Origin: Raillietiella orientalis
Lineage: Eukaryota
Assembly: GCA_036172245.1 (NCBI GenBank)
Contig: JAYWIR010000003.1
Location: forward strand, 1,922,001 to 1,986,000
Direction of reading: 5' to 3'
DNA: 64,000 nt
Within the stretch, counting starts at the first letter, position 1. Each line of letters begins with the position of its first letter. Made by a program: the position numbers and the translations under genes. Of the stretch, positions 49,827 through 62,103 are shown piece by piece. The notes under the pieces are model-generated. The model saw only the letters and a program-made list of their open reading frames with translations. It searched no databases and had not been told where the DNA came from.

Positions 49827-51119
49827 GCAAGTTCGGGGGCCATAGGGCTCCCAGCCCCCGAGGATGGCGTCAGAAAGATCGGGCCGCGTATCCTTGCGTC
49901 TTCCTTTTCCCGCTTCGCAATGCAGACCCGCGCGTTTCGAGCTTCACCGGATAGATGACTCCCGCGGTCCTGGGACGCGGGAGGCGGGAGGACGAGGACG
50001 CGCGTTCGGGCCCTTTCGCTCAGCTGCTCGCTCCACTCGCGGGAAGAGAGCAGGCCAGAGCGGGAGATCCCGCTGCGCGCGCTGCGCCGGGAGACATCCG
50101 AGCTAGCCGCCGATCAGCCAGGTCTCCCCCCTCTTCCTCTTCCTCCTCCTCCTCCTCCTCCTCTTCCTCCTCCTATAGGGAAGGGATCGATCTCGCGGAA
50201 TGCCTCACGTCGCAAAGTTGTGGACCGCGGGATCTCGTCCTCAAGATCGATCTCCTCCATGCCCGCGAGCAGACCCGGATTCTTTTCGGGATCCGATCCG
50301 GACGGGGAGCGCTTCCCGTTTCCAGAAGAACCCGGAACGCGCAGTCGCTCCGGAGGTGCTGCCCTCTTCGATCAGTCTCGCCGGGGAGGCAGTCTGTCCC
50401 GGGACCATTCGTCTCGCGGAGGAGCCGCCGTGCAGGAGATCCGAAATCCTCGGTTCCATCGAGATCGCAGCTCGGCGTCGAGCGCTGGCGGGTGGCTGCG
50501 ACCTCTGAGCCTCAGAGCGGGGCTCCCGGACGAGTGAGACCGAACGGTGCTCCGCGCGGAGGGCCGCGACGGCTGCTGCTGCTGCTGCTGCTGTCCGCGC
50601 AGGAGCTCGAGGCGACGGGGCTTCCGGCCCGTCTTTCACGCGCGATGCCTGCGTGCTTGGTCCCGCCAACCTCCTCCCCACCCACCTCCTGTTGCCCCTC
50701 GCGGCGCGTATCCAGTCCGACTCTTTTCCGGGGAGTCCGCGGACGCCTTCCCGTTCCATGGGGGATGCTTCCCCTCTTGCAGCGTTCCCTCTCGGTGCGC
50801 TCGTCCTTGGCACCTCGTCCCCGCATCTCCCGGTCCCGGAGAGCTCCGCACTGTTCCTCTTTCCGATACCCTCGGTGCAAGCGCTCACGCCTTTCGGTCA
50901 TCCGTGCTCCCTGCGTGCGGAGGGAAAGCGAGCCGGGCGTACGCCGCGGCGGCAGCGGGAGTGGCGAGAATAGCGAGGCGGCTGCGGGGCCCGCAAAGGT
51001 GTCGAGGTCGAAGGGTTGGGACCTCGGTCCTGCTCTTTGATCCCGTGGGAGAGGCGGGCGTCCCGGCGATCGCGCTGCTTTCGGCCGTGTGACCGGACGG
51101 ACGGCCGCCTTTTTTTCAG

Positions 51120-51310
51120 GGAAGCGCCAGCAAGCCCGGGGCGTCGGAGGTGGAAATCATACGCTTCCAGGCCCTCATACCCGTGTCCGAGGTCCAGGTG
51201 CGCTGCCCGAACATCAAGGAATCCGAGCTGCAGCTCTTTTCCTGGGAGCTGATGCACCTGAAGTCGCAGAACCAAAAGAGGATCGAGAAGGTCTACCACC
51301 TCGCCAACAG
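51120..51310 (+). CDS. sif: sif exon 19 (PH2)
   Basis: ttttttcag| and ag|gtaggc; GSASKPGASEVEIIRFQALIPVSEVQVR...WELMHLKSQNQKRIEKVYHLAN. Confidence 0.95.
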
Positions 51311-51358
51311 GTAGGCCCCGCGGCGCCCGGGGCGGCGGTCTCAAGGGTCCTCGGAAAG

Positions 51359-51543
51359 CTCGAGCGACTTCCGGAACGCCTTCCTGAGGACCATCAGGCA
51401 GATCATCAGGGACAGCGTGAGGAACATGAGCATCCCTTCCACCCCGAGGAGCAGGCCAGGTTCCCGCACGCTCACCAGAACGAAACCGTGCAGCTTCACG
51501 GCGAACTGCAAGCACGCGGACTACGACAACCTGCACACGTTCG
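51359..51543 (+). CDS. sif: sif exon 20 (end of PH2 and tail)
   Basis: Atypical acceptor cctcggaaag|, donor g|gtgagt; [26 protein letters not shown]...ADYDNL. Confidence 0.93.
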
Positions 51544-54500
51544 GTGAGTGCCCCTTGGACTCGCGGGTTCCGGAGAGCGGGGGGGAGGGCTGCTGCCACT
51601 TCACCGCACGTCGCCAGCGCAACGCGAAGGCGAACAAGAACCGCTCCTGAAGATGCGTGCGCGCACCGAGCCGTCTGCCCAGCCGACACCGGGGGGCGCG
51701 TTCGAACTCGTTGCTGCCTGCGCGGACGAAGCCGGAGGGCGCAGAAGAAGAAGAAGAAGAAGAAAAAAAAAAAGACAAGGTTTTTTCTTCTCCCCCGACA
51801 GGCTTCTTGGAGTGCTCCGGGTGCGCACGTGCGGTTCCATTCTTTCCCGGACGCAGTCCGTGAAATCACTGCGAACGCCGTGGGCGGCGAGTGGGAAAAG
51901 ACGCGTAGGTGCCCATATTCTTCCGCACATAGTGCTTCCAAGAATCCGAACTCGAGCCGCCACCTGTTCACAACCACCACCACCACCATCGCACTGTTGA
52001 AAAGAAAAAGACGTGCGCGCACTGAATGAGCGTTCCACATCCGGATGCGCACGCCAGATGCGGAAGAAAGGCAGAAGCCAGGGTTCTCTGCATGTGGAAC
52101 AAGAGTTCCAGCCGCGGTCCGCTGTGCTGCCAAGAGCTTAGGGAAGGGGGAGAGGAGGGATGACATCGGTAATATTTCACGCTTCCCGTTGTCGCATCCG
52201 AGCCCCGCGGGTCGCACAATCCGTCTATCTTCTTGGCTCCACCGCCGCTCGTAGCCGCATGCCCCAGGCTTCCTTCCCGGCTGTTCCGCACCCGGGAGAG
52301 GGTTCCTCCTCGATTTCCCCGCGCGCCCTGAAGAGGAAACGCTCGCCCCGCTTAGCACTCACGCCGGCAGCAGCTGCCATGCTGATGAGAAACCCGCCCC
52401 GTGTTCGCTCGCGACAAGTGGACACCCGTACTGACTGCACGACCGTTCCCTGCACCCACGTTTGCCGCCTCCCGACGCGTGCGTGACTTGCGGGCCGGAC
52501 CCAGGAGGACGCCCACTCCTCCTTTTCGCACGCTCAGCTCGCTTTCCCTCGGGGAGGCCACGTGACCTGGTAGCTCCGGCAGCCGCCCTGCTCGACGAGG
52601 GCAGTGCAGCGAAGGACGGTGGCACGCGTGACGTAATCGTGACGGCGTACCTCACGTTCGACACCTAGATGGATCGTGCACTCCGGATGCGGCGCCGCGC
52701 GACGCCAAGAGGGGAACCGGAAGACGAGCCCTCCGCTGTGGTGGAAACGCGCCGGCATCCGTGCATGTCTGGAAATTCGAGAATGCCGTGTCCGTCTCGA
52801 AGCGACCTTCGAAACAACATTCCAAAGTAAATAATCCTGGATCCGTTGTAAAGCGAGCCGACGCGGCGGAGGGAGCTGCTATGACGACAGAGGGTCGGGT
52901 TTACGAGTCTCGTCCGCACGACGTCTTGAGTTCCCTCGGGAGTTCGCGCCTGATTGTCGCGGATGAAGGAAACCTCCCTCCTTCCTGCCAAGCCGTCTTT
53001 GCTCTTCTTGCGCTTCCCCTGGTGCTCGTTTCTTGCGTGGCGAGGGGTGCTCACTCCGTCCAGCTCTCCTCTCTCGTAGCCATGGAAGATTTCGAAACCA
53101 ACTGCGTTCCCTCTTACTGGACCTGGCACTCCCCTCGTTCCACGAAATCCTCAAGGCGCGCGACGCACGTGGAAGTTGACCGACCTTCTCCTTGCGGCAC
53201 GTGGTCAGCAGTCCTCATGTCAACCCGCGTGTTCTGCATCACCCGGAAGCGTTTCCCCCTAAAGATCCGGGATATCGAACGTCCCTCTGGGTGTTCGTTG
53301 CACGTCGCCAGGAGCTTCGAGGAAACGGTGCGTTGCTTCCGCCTATCCAGAGCTGCGTCTTCGGGCAGGAACACTTTTTTTTTCTTTTTTTTTTTTTTTT
53401 TTTGGGGGGGGGGGGTCCACTTGTCTGTGCCTCTTCGCAAAAAGGGGCGGGAAGCAAAAGCTCGCAGCTTGGCAGACACGAGCTTATGGCGCCGAACAGC
53501 CAGGCTTCAGCTACGCCTTCCAAGCAGAGGAACGACCGTCGGCAAGCGGGAAGATCCGGGATCCTCATAGCTACTTGAGAATCATATGCGTGACTTAGCA
53601 GGGTTACGTGTTGCTTTGTCTTTGATGTCCAAAGAGACTCGCGCTGGAGTCTTATCCCCCACCTCCTTTTCTTTTTTGCTCCCGCGAAAGATCAACGGCT
53701 TGGTTCTTATAGGAGCATGAGTTTCCCGCCGGCAGCAACAGTGTGGCCGTCGCTGCCTCCAAGAGTTAGATCCTTGTGCGCTGTCCATATAGCTCACTGA
53801 AACTGACATGCGGACGAGGAACAGTCTCGAAGTATTCGAACTGTCTCACGGATGACCGGAGGACAGGTCAAGAGGCGGACTGCGCGGTCGTCCGCGGAAA
53901 GCGTTCGCTCCGTCTTCTGTGCCGTCTTTCAGTATCCCGCGATTGCATTTGGGGCGGACCGTGTTCTTCCGCTCGCCCTGGCCACCTGCTTGCGCTGGCT
54001 TGCAGTCAGCAGCCTCCGGAAATGGTCAGTGGTCAGCGCTCTCGGTGGATTCCATTCCGCTTTTGTTCGCATTCGTCCAGATGCAGCGATACGCTTCTGG
54101 TCGACGCTCCTCCTCAGTTGAGTTCGCTCTTTATCTCGAAAGGGCATGTTTGGTATCTCACTGATCGAGATCCAGATCACAGCGAAAGGTGGTTTGGAAA
54201 GAGCGACACAGAGGTGGAACCGCCAGCCGTCTCCTGTGGGATCCGGTTGGCATTGCGGAGAAACGTCCGATGCCTCGCACTTGTCAAGCGGGACCTCTCA
54301 GGATACGAACCGCTGCTGCTGCATCTGTATAAACAAAAAAAACGAGAGCCCTCCTGTTGGAGCTCTGCGCTCTCCTTAGCTGTGGGCGCATGCGTGGCTG
54401 GTGCTGCGTATTTGCTTCTTCTTTGCGACTGTGCAGCAAACGAAAGAAAAAAAAGTTCTTCTTTCAAGTGCAGGGGAACCAGCAAAGAAGAATGCGCAGT

Positions 54501-57500
54501 GTCTCACTCATTTGAATCGGTTGGCGCTTGGCTCTCTTTGGTCCAGCATCGTTTCGAGTGTCCTCCGTCACTTTACCCGCTGCCCGTTGTCTCTGCAAAG
54601 TGTTTGGCCGAAGCCATAAGTCTGCGTCATCCTGCGTCCTCTTCCAGATGCCCTCTTCCATCCCTTCCTCGCCTTTTCGTGCGTCTTCATTAACCGTTCC
54701 CCGATTCTGGAGTCGTTTGTGTGAAATCGTGCATCCGTCGCTCTTGTGCTACCTCCGCCGTTTCCGCTAATTAGGCTTGCGTGACCATGGGAACAGTTGT
54801 TGCGCTTTCACGCGGGTTGATTACGAGTTATCCCCGCTGCATCCCATCGAACTCGTCGATCATGTCCCCCGAGAACTTTTTACTGCTCATCTTATTGGAC
54901 TCCAGGCGGTTCACGTGTTTGCCATAGCGCCGTTTGTTTACCTTCAGTGGGTACGCGTTCGAGGGGCGGACTTTGCTAACGGTCCCGACATCCACGTTCG
55001 GATTGGGGGGAAAGTGGGATCACCATCGAAAATCCTCTCGAGAGAAAATCGAGTCTCTCTGGCACGGCGAGATGAGCGGGGGGAAGGGGGGAGGAACCAG
55101 GTCTTCCCTCATCGCAGACGTTACTCTTACTGGGCTTCTTCGACTTCTTGTGGATCACGCTAGTCCTCGTCTTCCTGTTGGACTGCTGCAGAACCTTTCC
55201 TTGCGGTCGCTTCGCGAGGAGTGGGGGAGGCGCTGCCGTCGCGATTCTGGACAAGACGAAAAGCACCGATTCAAAAATCTTCCGAAGATGAGGACCAGCC
55301 GTGGCGCAGCTGCGGTCCGCACGCCGCGCCACGGCTTCCCGCAGGACGCTGCCAGAGGAACCGAGCCAAGCAAAGACCCGGCTGCCTTAAGAGCCGCTTG
55401 CGAGCGCTGAGGGAGGGTCATTCCCGCCCTCTGGTGGACGGTGCGCTACATCGAGCACTGCTGAAGCAAGGCGGAGGAGCGGTGTGTTTTTGTTTCTGCC
55501 TCCGTGGTGGTGGTGGGTGGGTGGTAGAAGCCTGGGCCAGACCACGCGCGTGCGGGAGGCGACTCCTCTTACACGATCTTGTAAATGGGGCTCGCGATTC
55601 TGCTTCTGAAATTCAACAGCTTGCGTCGCTTCACGTGCCATTTGGGGTGATTCGGACCTCGGACACGAGACATGCTACCCGATCGTCTTCAAGAATCTAG
55701 GATGCATTCCTGGAATGTGTGACCCTGCAGCCCGAACCTACCTGTGGGGTAACTATGCAAGGCTCCTCCTCTGCTGGAGCTCCCGCGAGTTTTGTGTGCC
55801 CCCCATTATTCAGCATTCCGAAGGGATGCACGAGTCGAAGATGACTCTTCAGTTTTTTGATCTCCTTATGCCTCGCCGTCCATATGTGTTGAGCCGAAAA
55901 GTTTTGCGCGTTGACGCGCTCGCATCCTTGAAGTCTGTGAGAGAGAATCCCTCCGTCGACTTGACTCACACATTCTCGCATTCCTCCGAAAGTTCCCGAA
56001 CTGATCGAATAACGGAATGCTTAAACGCCATCCATCTTCTTCGGTACAGGGAGATTGCTTGCTCCGATGGGATGCGGAAGTTTCTCCCAACCTCCGGAAG
56101 GAATTTCCGCACACAAAGTTCCTCCCCCCTTCGAAACGGAACGTTGGGAAAACGTGGAGAGCTCCTGGAAGATCGACTCTTGCCCTTCGAAAATCCGGAA
56201 TCTCCCGCTTTGAGGATCGAGCGGCAGTTCACCGACGAGTGGGGTTGGCCCCCAGCCGAGGGATCTGAAGCGCTGCGGTCCCGCCGTCCCTGACGCGTCA
56301 GGAGGGGTTGCTCTGCTTCGTTTCGCGTGCGGGCGGTTACGTTGGTCCACGGAGCAGCACAGCCGCTCAAGAAGAGGAAATTCGCAGGCAGGTATCACGA
56401 AAAAGAAAAAAACGGAGTTTGCTTAGCGTTTGTTATTCGCGGCGATCTTTGAAGAACTGCCTACATCGACTTTGGGTTGTTGTTTTTTTGTTTTTTATTT
56501 TGCTCTTCCTTTTGGTTGCTATGGATCGGTAAACGCTTTGAGGTTGTCTTCCCGTTGCTCTTGAGTAGATGCGCTCAGCGAAAACTTCCTGAAATCGCTT
56601 GGTATGTTTGGATTCCGTCCAATTTTGTCAAGATAAGAAGCGATGATGCGGAGACGGGAAAAATCTTTCTGAGTGGAAGAGTATGTTTCTCGAAAAGGCC
56701 TTTCGTGAGTCCGCCGATCCGACTGCGATGAGGGAAAAAGACGTCACTCCACATCCTCAACGCAGGGGCGCCGTGATTCGCCTGCATGGAGGATGAAAGT
56801 CTTTCGCCTCTTTAACAGAGCCTCCGTTTGAACCTTGATTTGGTTTTCCTGAAACCAGACTCGTTCTCCTCCTTCGCTGTAATTCCCGCAGACGTCTGTT
56901 TTGCATGACGTGGAGTCACGTATGTCGGATGCCCAGTAAGATCGTGGATCCCGAATGCTTGGAAGTGCCCGCAGTCAGCGGAACTCTTGGCCGAGGCACA
57001 GGTCCGTTTCATCTCGGAGCGAGCTCGTTGCAGCGCGGATTCCGGTTCCCTCGGACCTGGGAAATCGTCTGGTTTGCCGGCGTCTTCCTACCGTCGTCTC
57101 GCGGCGGGAATCGGAATGGACTTTGAAGAGTTGCGAGGCAGATGAGAACACACTGGGGGGAGGGGGGGAGAGGGAAGGCACCCAGACCAAACCCACCGCA
57201 CCGACCGTCTTTTCGTGGTAGCGGGACGTGCCACCGGGAGTTTGTCCGCTGAACGCTCTTGCAAGAGAATGGTGGTGTGTGCTTGGTCCTCCAGATCGAT
57301 CGGATGCTGATTGATCAGCAGATTCGCACCGGAGCTGGCGGTTCGTAAGCTCGGAGTTTGCGGTCCCTTCGCGTGTCCCACAAACAGGGGAAGTCGCGTA
57401 TGGAATGCAAACCGATTTCGTGGATGAACCACATTTCAAGGTCGACCTGCGAGACGGGAGGGAACACGTCGATTTTCACTTGGTTTCGATTTGCTGTTGT

Positions 57501-57959
57501 CGCCCAGGTGTCGCCTACGGTTTTGTTGTGTCCACTCTTTAAAAAAAAAAAAAAAAAGAAAAGGAAGAAAGAAACAAAAAATAAGTAAATATGGAAAGAT
57601 TGGAAGATGAAAAGTTTTTTTTCTTGAAAGCTGAGACACGGATACACCTTGTTTTGCGGATCACTGGGAATTTTTCTTTCTTTTTTTCTTTTTGCTGTGA
57701 TCACTTTGAAACGAATGCAATGTTACGAGGGCGCCTCTCGAGAAATGGTCGTGGACCTTGGTTGGAGTCTTGAGGTCTCCGTATCCGAAGCAAAACTGGT
57801 TGTCACCATGCCTTTCCACGACATCGCCGAAGGTTTACTCAGCGGTTAGACAACCATCGCCAAGTGACTAGAATTACTGAGAGACACTTTAGATAGCTAG
57901 TATTGAAGACCTTCACCAGTATCACTGAAAGACTTACTCGGTTATCCTCGTTCAGCTAA

Positions 57960-60750
57960 CACTCTTATCTACCGAAAGAACGTTCACAGGGTGTGTTGCG
58001 AGTGCTCCCAGTGTTGCCAGATTTGCAGCCAACCAGACTCTCATCTGTTCGGAAACAAATGCGTGGAATCGAACGGCATCGCTTCAGGGATGCCTTGTCA
58101 TGTTCCCGCACCACGGAATTTGGATGGTCTTGGTTGGAGCAAGCACTCCGCACTCTTGGCGTCGTCGTGAACATCTTCATGCCCAGTCGTCCTGTCCCGC
58201 TCGTGGGTCGCTTTTCCCGAGCTGCACCAAGATCTTCTTTCCGAGTGGTACTCTGTGCGCATCGTTCGTGCCTTCTCGTTCGGCGCGCCCTCGGCGACTT
58301 GCATTTGAGGGCTGGTAATCGTGTTGAGCAAGAGTTGGTCTGCAGAGCCGATCTTCTTTGCTTAGGCATTTGCTGACATACCTTGCCTGCAGACGTTACT
58401 GACACCTCCCGAGTCAATTGTCTCACTTTGATCCTCCTCATCGGAATCCTTTGGAAATGATGCTTAGAAGTCTTCCTGCTTTCTGCAAGGGAGTGGGCCA
58501 TCCACAAGGCCATCCGGAGCTCATCAACGTTCCATTCAATCCTTTAACAGGGCAGCACGTCTCCGCTTTCCACCCTAAGGGCCGTCTCTCTGTTGCCCTC
58601 GTGTTCTCGTTCTTCCGATTTCGTCGTCCCGCCGGGTGGGTGGGATGGACCAGGGAAAGTAACTTCGCTCGAAGGAAGGCAGCCGTATAAGTTTCCCGCG
58701 GAACTGTTGCATTCTTCTCCTCCTTTCATCCAGGCTTCCCGGGAAGCCATCCGAATCGAATTCCAGGAAAATCGAATGGAAGTCGAAACCAGCGGACATC
58801 TTGAATTTTCTTTCCCGCTGCGTTTCCTTCTTCCACTGACTTTGCGTATTCTCGAGTGCATCCCAGATGCTGCAAACAGGTCGCCTTGCCTCTTCCAATT
58901 TGGAAGTCGTCATTGAGTCGAGAAGGAAAAAAACTCCTGCGGAGAGACGGAAGGTTTCAGGTTTCTCGTCCCATTGTTGCATCCCAGTTTCCGAGCTATC
59001 GATTCCCAGATGCCAGAGAAAGTTGCTCCTTCATTTACAAGGGAGTCGTCAACTTCCGCACTCTTGCGTTGAGTTGTCTTCTATCAGGTAACACGAGTGG
59101 AACACTTGTCGTCGTGGCTTTCTCTCCCGTTGCCATAGCTGGTTCTTCCTTCCCTGCGTCCCCCGTTCCTTAGGATTGGCACCTGGTTGTTGTGCCTTAT
59201 CCGTGGTCAGTGCGTCCGTCGTCATTCTGAATGCGAGCGCTGTTGACGAAAGAAGGTCGTCTAGGAATAAGAATGAGCCCTCGCTTGCGGTTCAAAAAAA
59301 TCCTTCGCACCACATCACACGGAAAAGGTCCAGCCTCTCTCCCTTCCTGTTCTTCTGACTCTTTCTTTCGCTTGGAGTTTTCAGAAAGCTCAAAAGCAAA
59401 GGAAAACCACTGGAACGAAATCTGCTTCCTAGCCCAAGTTGCTTCCAGCATAGTTCGCGTGGGCAGTGGAGATGCATCCGTTTCTGGCTTGCACTATCTT
59501 GAACGAACGGCATCTTCTGCTGACAGTCCGATTCTTCCTGAAGTAACGGACTTGTTTTATTTTATTTTCTTTGTAATTAAGGAGTTGGTTCTAAGCTCTG
59601 CATCACTGATCCGATCCCATCCTTTCATTGGTTATCTCTCTCTCTCTCGTTTGTCCAGAGTCATTAGTTCACTGTCTCCTCTTAACAGAATCCTGTTTCT
59701 TCCGGTGGAATTCCATATAGATCCAGAACTCGCAGTCAGCAGAACGGTTTTCCTGCCCTCTCAATGTGTCGCACACCAGGCATTTCTTTTTTCTTTTTTT
59801 TGCTTTTCTCCAGTTCCTCAATAGCGTTTCTAGTTTCATCATCTTGAAGCACTCCTCGAAACAGCTCAACAGCTGTTTTTAAGGGCATCTTCAGTGACGC
59901 TCCTCAAAAATGCTAGACAAACATAACCCGTCTACAGCTATTCACCGTGTTCCGGGATTCAATAAGCAGTCTTACCGCACTTCAATTTCCGCCTGTTAAA
60001 CTACACCTGCTGCCTGTGTCCTTGCCAGTTGACCTCGTTTTCTTGGTCAGAACTCTGTTGTAAGTCGAAAAAGCATGATAACTGCCGCTTCATTTGTTTC
60101 TCTCAGTTAAAAATAAATGCTCCGTAAGTCTCAGGAGGAACGGAACCTCCGCACATTTTGCACGTCCTTTGAAAAAGAACGGACCAATCCCATCAATTAG
60201 AGCAGCCCGAATGAGTTGTGAAAATGTAATGGAAAATCGAATCAGTGTAGATGTATAATCAGATACCCGGAAGGGTCATGAGATTTATTGCAATAGCCTG
60301 CTCCACTGAATGCTTGGCTGTGATGAAGAGGCTGCTATTGACCTCTTCGGGACAAATTATGAAATGAAACGAAATAACCCATTTGCGGAATCCACCGGTG
60401 AGGCTGCTGCTCGCTTCGAATAAGTTCTTGCGGTTTCTTGTCTTATGGAGTAATCGGAGTTCTAGAGTGACAGCATCAGTGGTCATACTGTCTAGAAAAT
60501 ATCCATTTTTCTTGAATCCTTATTGGTCGTCTAGTGAATAATCGTTGTTATCCATCTTCTCGTCGTCTTTCACCGGATTGCTTGAGTCGTAGTGTCTTCC
60601 GTCTTTGTCGACTCTTATTTGACTCATCTTCGATGAAGTCGACCTGAACTCCGTGATCCTGTATGCTTGCAGTTTCTCGTGGGCTCTGTACCTTCTCCCT
60701 TCGCTCATTAAATTGCATTTCTCTATCATTTCTTCAGCAGCGATACCAGA
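57960..60750 (-). mobile_element. Decayed RTE-like element (RT and C-terminal remnants)
   Basis: Minus strand GGFRK..DSIFH at about 60250-60400; HHFQR..RRI, QVAEG and ERDRTTGH..VH at about 58000-58500. Interrupted and highly degenerate. Confidence 0.35.
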
Positions 60751-61518
60751 AGTAGCGCATTGACAAAGCTACCCGGGTGCCTGGTGCACGTTAGTAAGAG
60801 GCACAATCTTGTTGCGGAGAGAGAATCCTTTTTCTTTTTTTTCTTTTCGTTTTTCCAGCAGCAAACAAAAGTATGGCGTCGACTAAATGCGGATCCTTAG
60901 TCGCACTGGCATATCGCTTTCGCCGCTCCTGGAGAAAGTGGTGGGAAATCTGGCATCCTTGACGTGAAGATTTGGTCCAGATTTGCATCACGGTGCGGAC
61001 TCGCTCGGTATATAAATGGAGAGAATTTAGACGCGCGCGCGTCCTCCATCTACAGTTAGCGTCGACAGAGATGGAGGAATCGATAGAAACACCAGGCAAA
61101 TAGCTAATGGAGCGCAATCACGGTGACCGGGTAGGTGATGTTCGGTGTTCACGATGTTCACAGCATCGCATCGGTTCGCATTATGCCTGTTCAAAATGGG
61201 AAACGTCAGCCTAATTACGTGAAACATTTTGTACTTTTACGTGTTTCACGCTCTTGGCAATTAACTAAGAATCCATTGCTTCCATTGAAAACGTGTTCTT
61301 GGTTAAATCCCGTCTGTTGCGCAGCTCCGCATCAAAAAAAAAAACAGCAGCAGCAGCTGCGAGTTGTGTTTTCACTTTCGCTGTGGTTCAGTTTATGGAA
61401 AGGAAAGCACCCCACCCCCCTGCAACGCATCCTTTTTTCTTTTTTTTGCCAAGTTCTTATTGCTTTGAAAAGTTATAACTACAATGATAACTGAATTCTT
61501 TGTGTTGTTGTGACGCAG

Positions 61519-61737
61519 ATGGAAATAGTCACCATTCGGGTTCACTCCGAGATTGCAGAGATGTGAAATCGGAAGGCGAAGAGACTTCGTCTACTAAAAC
61601 GAGACCAATGCTAGGAAAAACTCCCTCGCACTTGACTTTAAGTACGACCTCGACGTTAAGTTCGAATAGCTCGAACCACGCTAGATTGATTCAAGCAAGC
61701 AATCAGCCCAGTACTTTTCAACCACAAAAGCCTCTGG
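61519..61737 (+). CDS. sif: sif exon 21 (conserved C-terminal motif)
   Basis: gacgcag| and ctgg|gtgagt, phase 1/1; KSEGEE...LGKTPSHLTLSTTSTLS...ARLIQAS matches recalled Sif KSEGEE..LGRTPNHLTLSTTSTLS..ARLIQSS. Confidence 0.92.
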
Positions 61738-62014
61738 GTGAGTACCTCAATGTACAAGATATGATCTATTTGAATAACGGAAAATGCTTTGGTGCTGTTG
61801 TGTTTTCCCTGTACAAGGGAACGTTGCGGTCAATTTAATAACAACGTGTGTACCGACGCTTTGATTCTATAGCTTGCTGAATGATGCATTTCGGTAATGG
61901 CATCCAAATAGCAATAGGAGATCTTTGATGAAAGCATCCGGTGTTTCCGCTCATAATATTTGATCTCCATCGCATCTGCCGCATTCGCATTACTGCATGC
62001 TTTAACACCATCAG

Positions 62015-62103
62015 GCAATCCTATTTATCTGGAGGTGCCTGAAGAACCTGGAATAAATTCCGTGATGAGAATGGAACCCAGAAAGGTCAAATGCATGATG
62101 TAA
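62015..62103 (+). CDS. sif: candidate terminal sif exon (GNPIYLEVPEEPGINSVMRMEPRKVKCMM*)
   Basis: catcag| in the correct phase, open to TAA at 62101-62103. Only weak similarity (GNPI versus recalled GSPV); the true last exon could lie elsewhere. Confidence 0.4.

Larger units (their letters stand above)
8657..62103 (+). other. sif: Gene span (5'-partial): still life / TIAM1-2-like Rac GEF, 22 predicted coding exons
   Basis: Chain of GT(GC)-AG-bounded exons with consistent phases; the spliced translation follows recalled Drosophila Sif colinearly (linker, PH, CC-Ex, RBD, PDZ, DH, PH, C-tail). Confidence 0.95.

Noticed and set aside
49955..51040. 361-aa plus-strand ORF inside the GC-AG intron
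   Set aside because: Low-complexity, GC-rich, no Sif homology; the flanking exons join in phase without it.
50898..52358. 486-aa minus-strand ORF
   Set aside because: Antisense shadow of GC3-rich sif exons plus low-complexity tracts (poly-Phe, poly-Val); no domain.
52761..54693. Two long plus-strand ORFs (269 and 305 aa) in the 10-kb intron
   Set aside because: No recognisable motifs and no convincing splice boundaries; the first crosses poly-T/poly-G runs.
57490..57540. NKTVGD peptide resembling Sif RSKTVGD
   Set aside because: It is on the minus strand next to a homopolymer run; a short match compatible with chance.
59385..59542. Exon-like segment (ttttcag|...gaa|gtaacg)
   Set aside because: It would end in phase 0 whereas the next exon needs phase 1; no homology.
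62083..62103. CaaX prenylation motif at the predicted C-terminus (KVKCMM)
   Set aside because: Cys is third from the end, not fourth, and the exon itself is uncertain.
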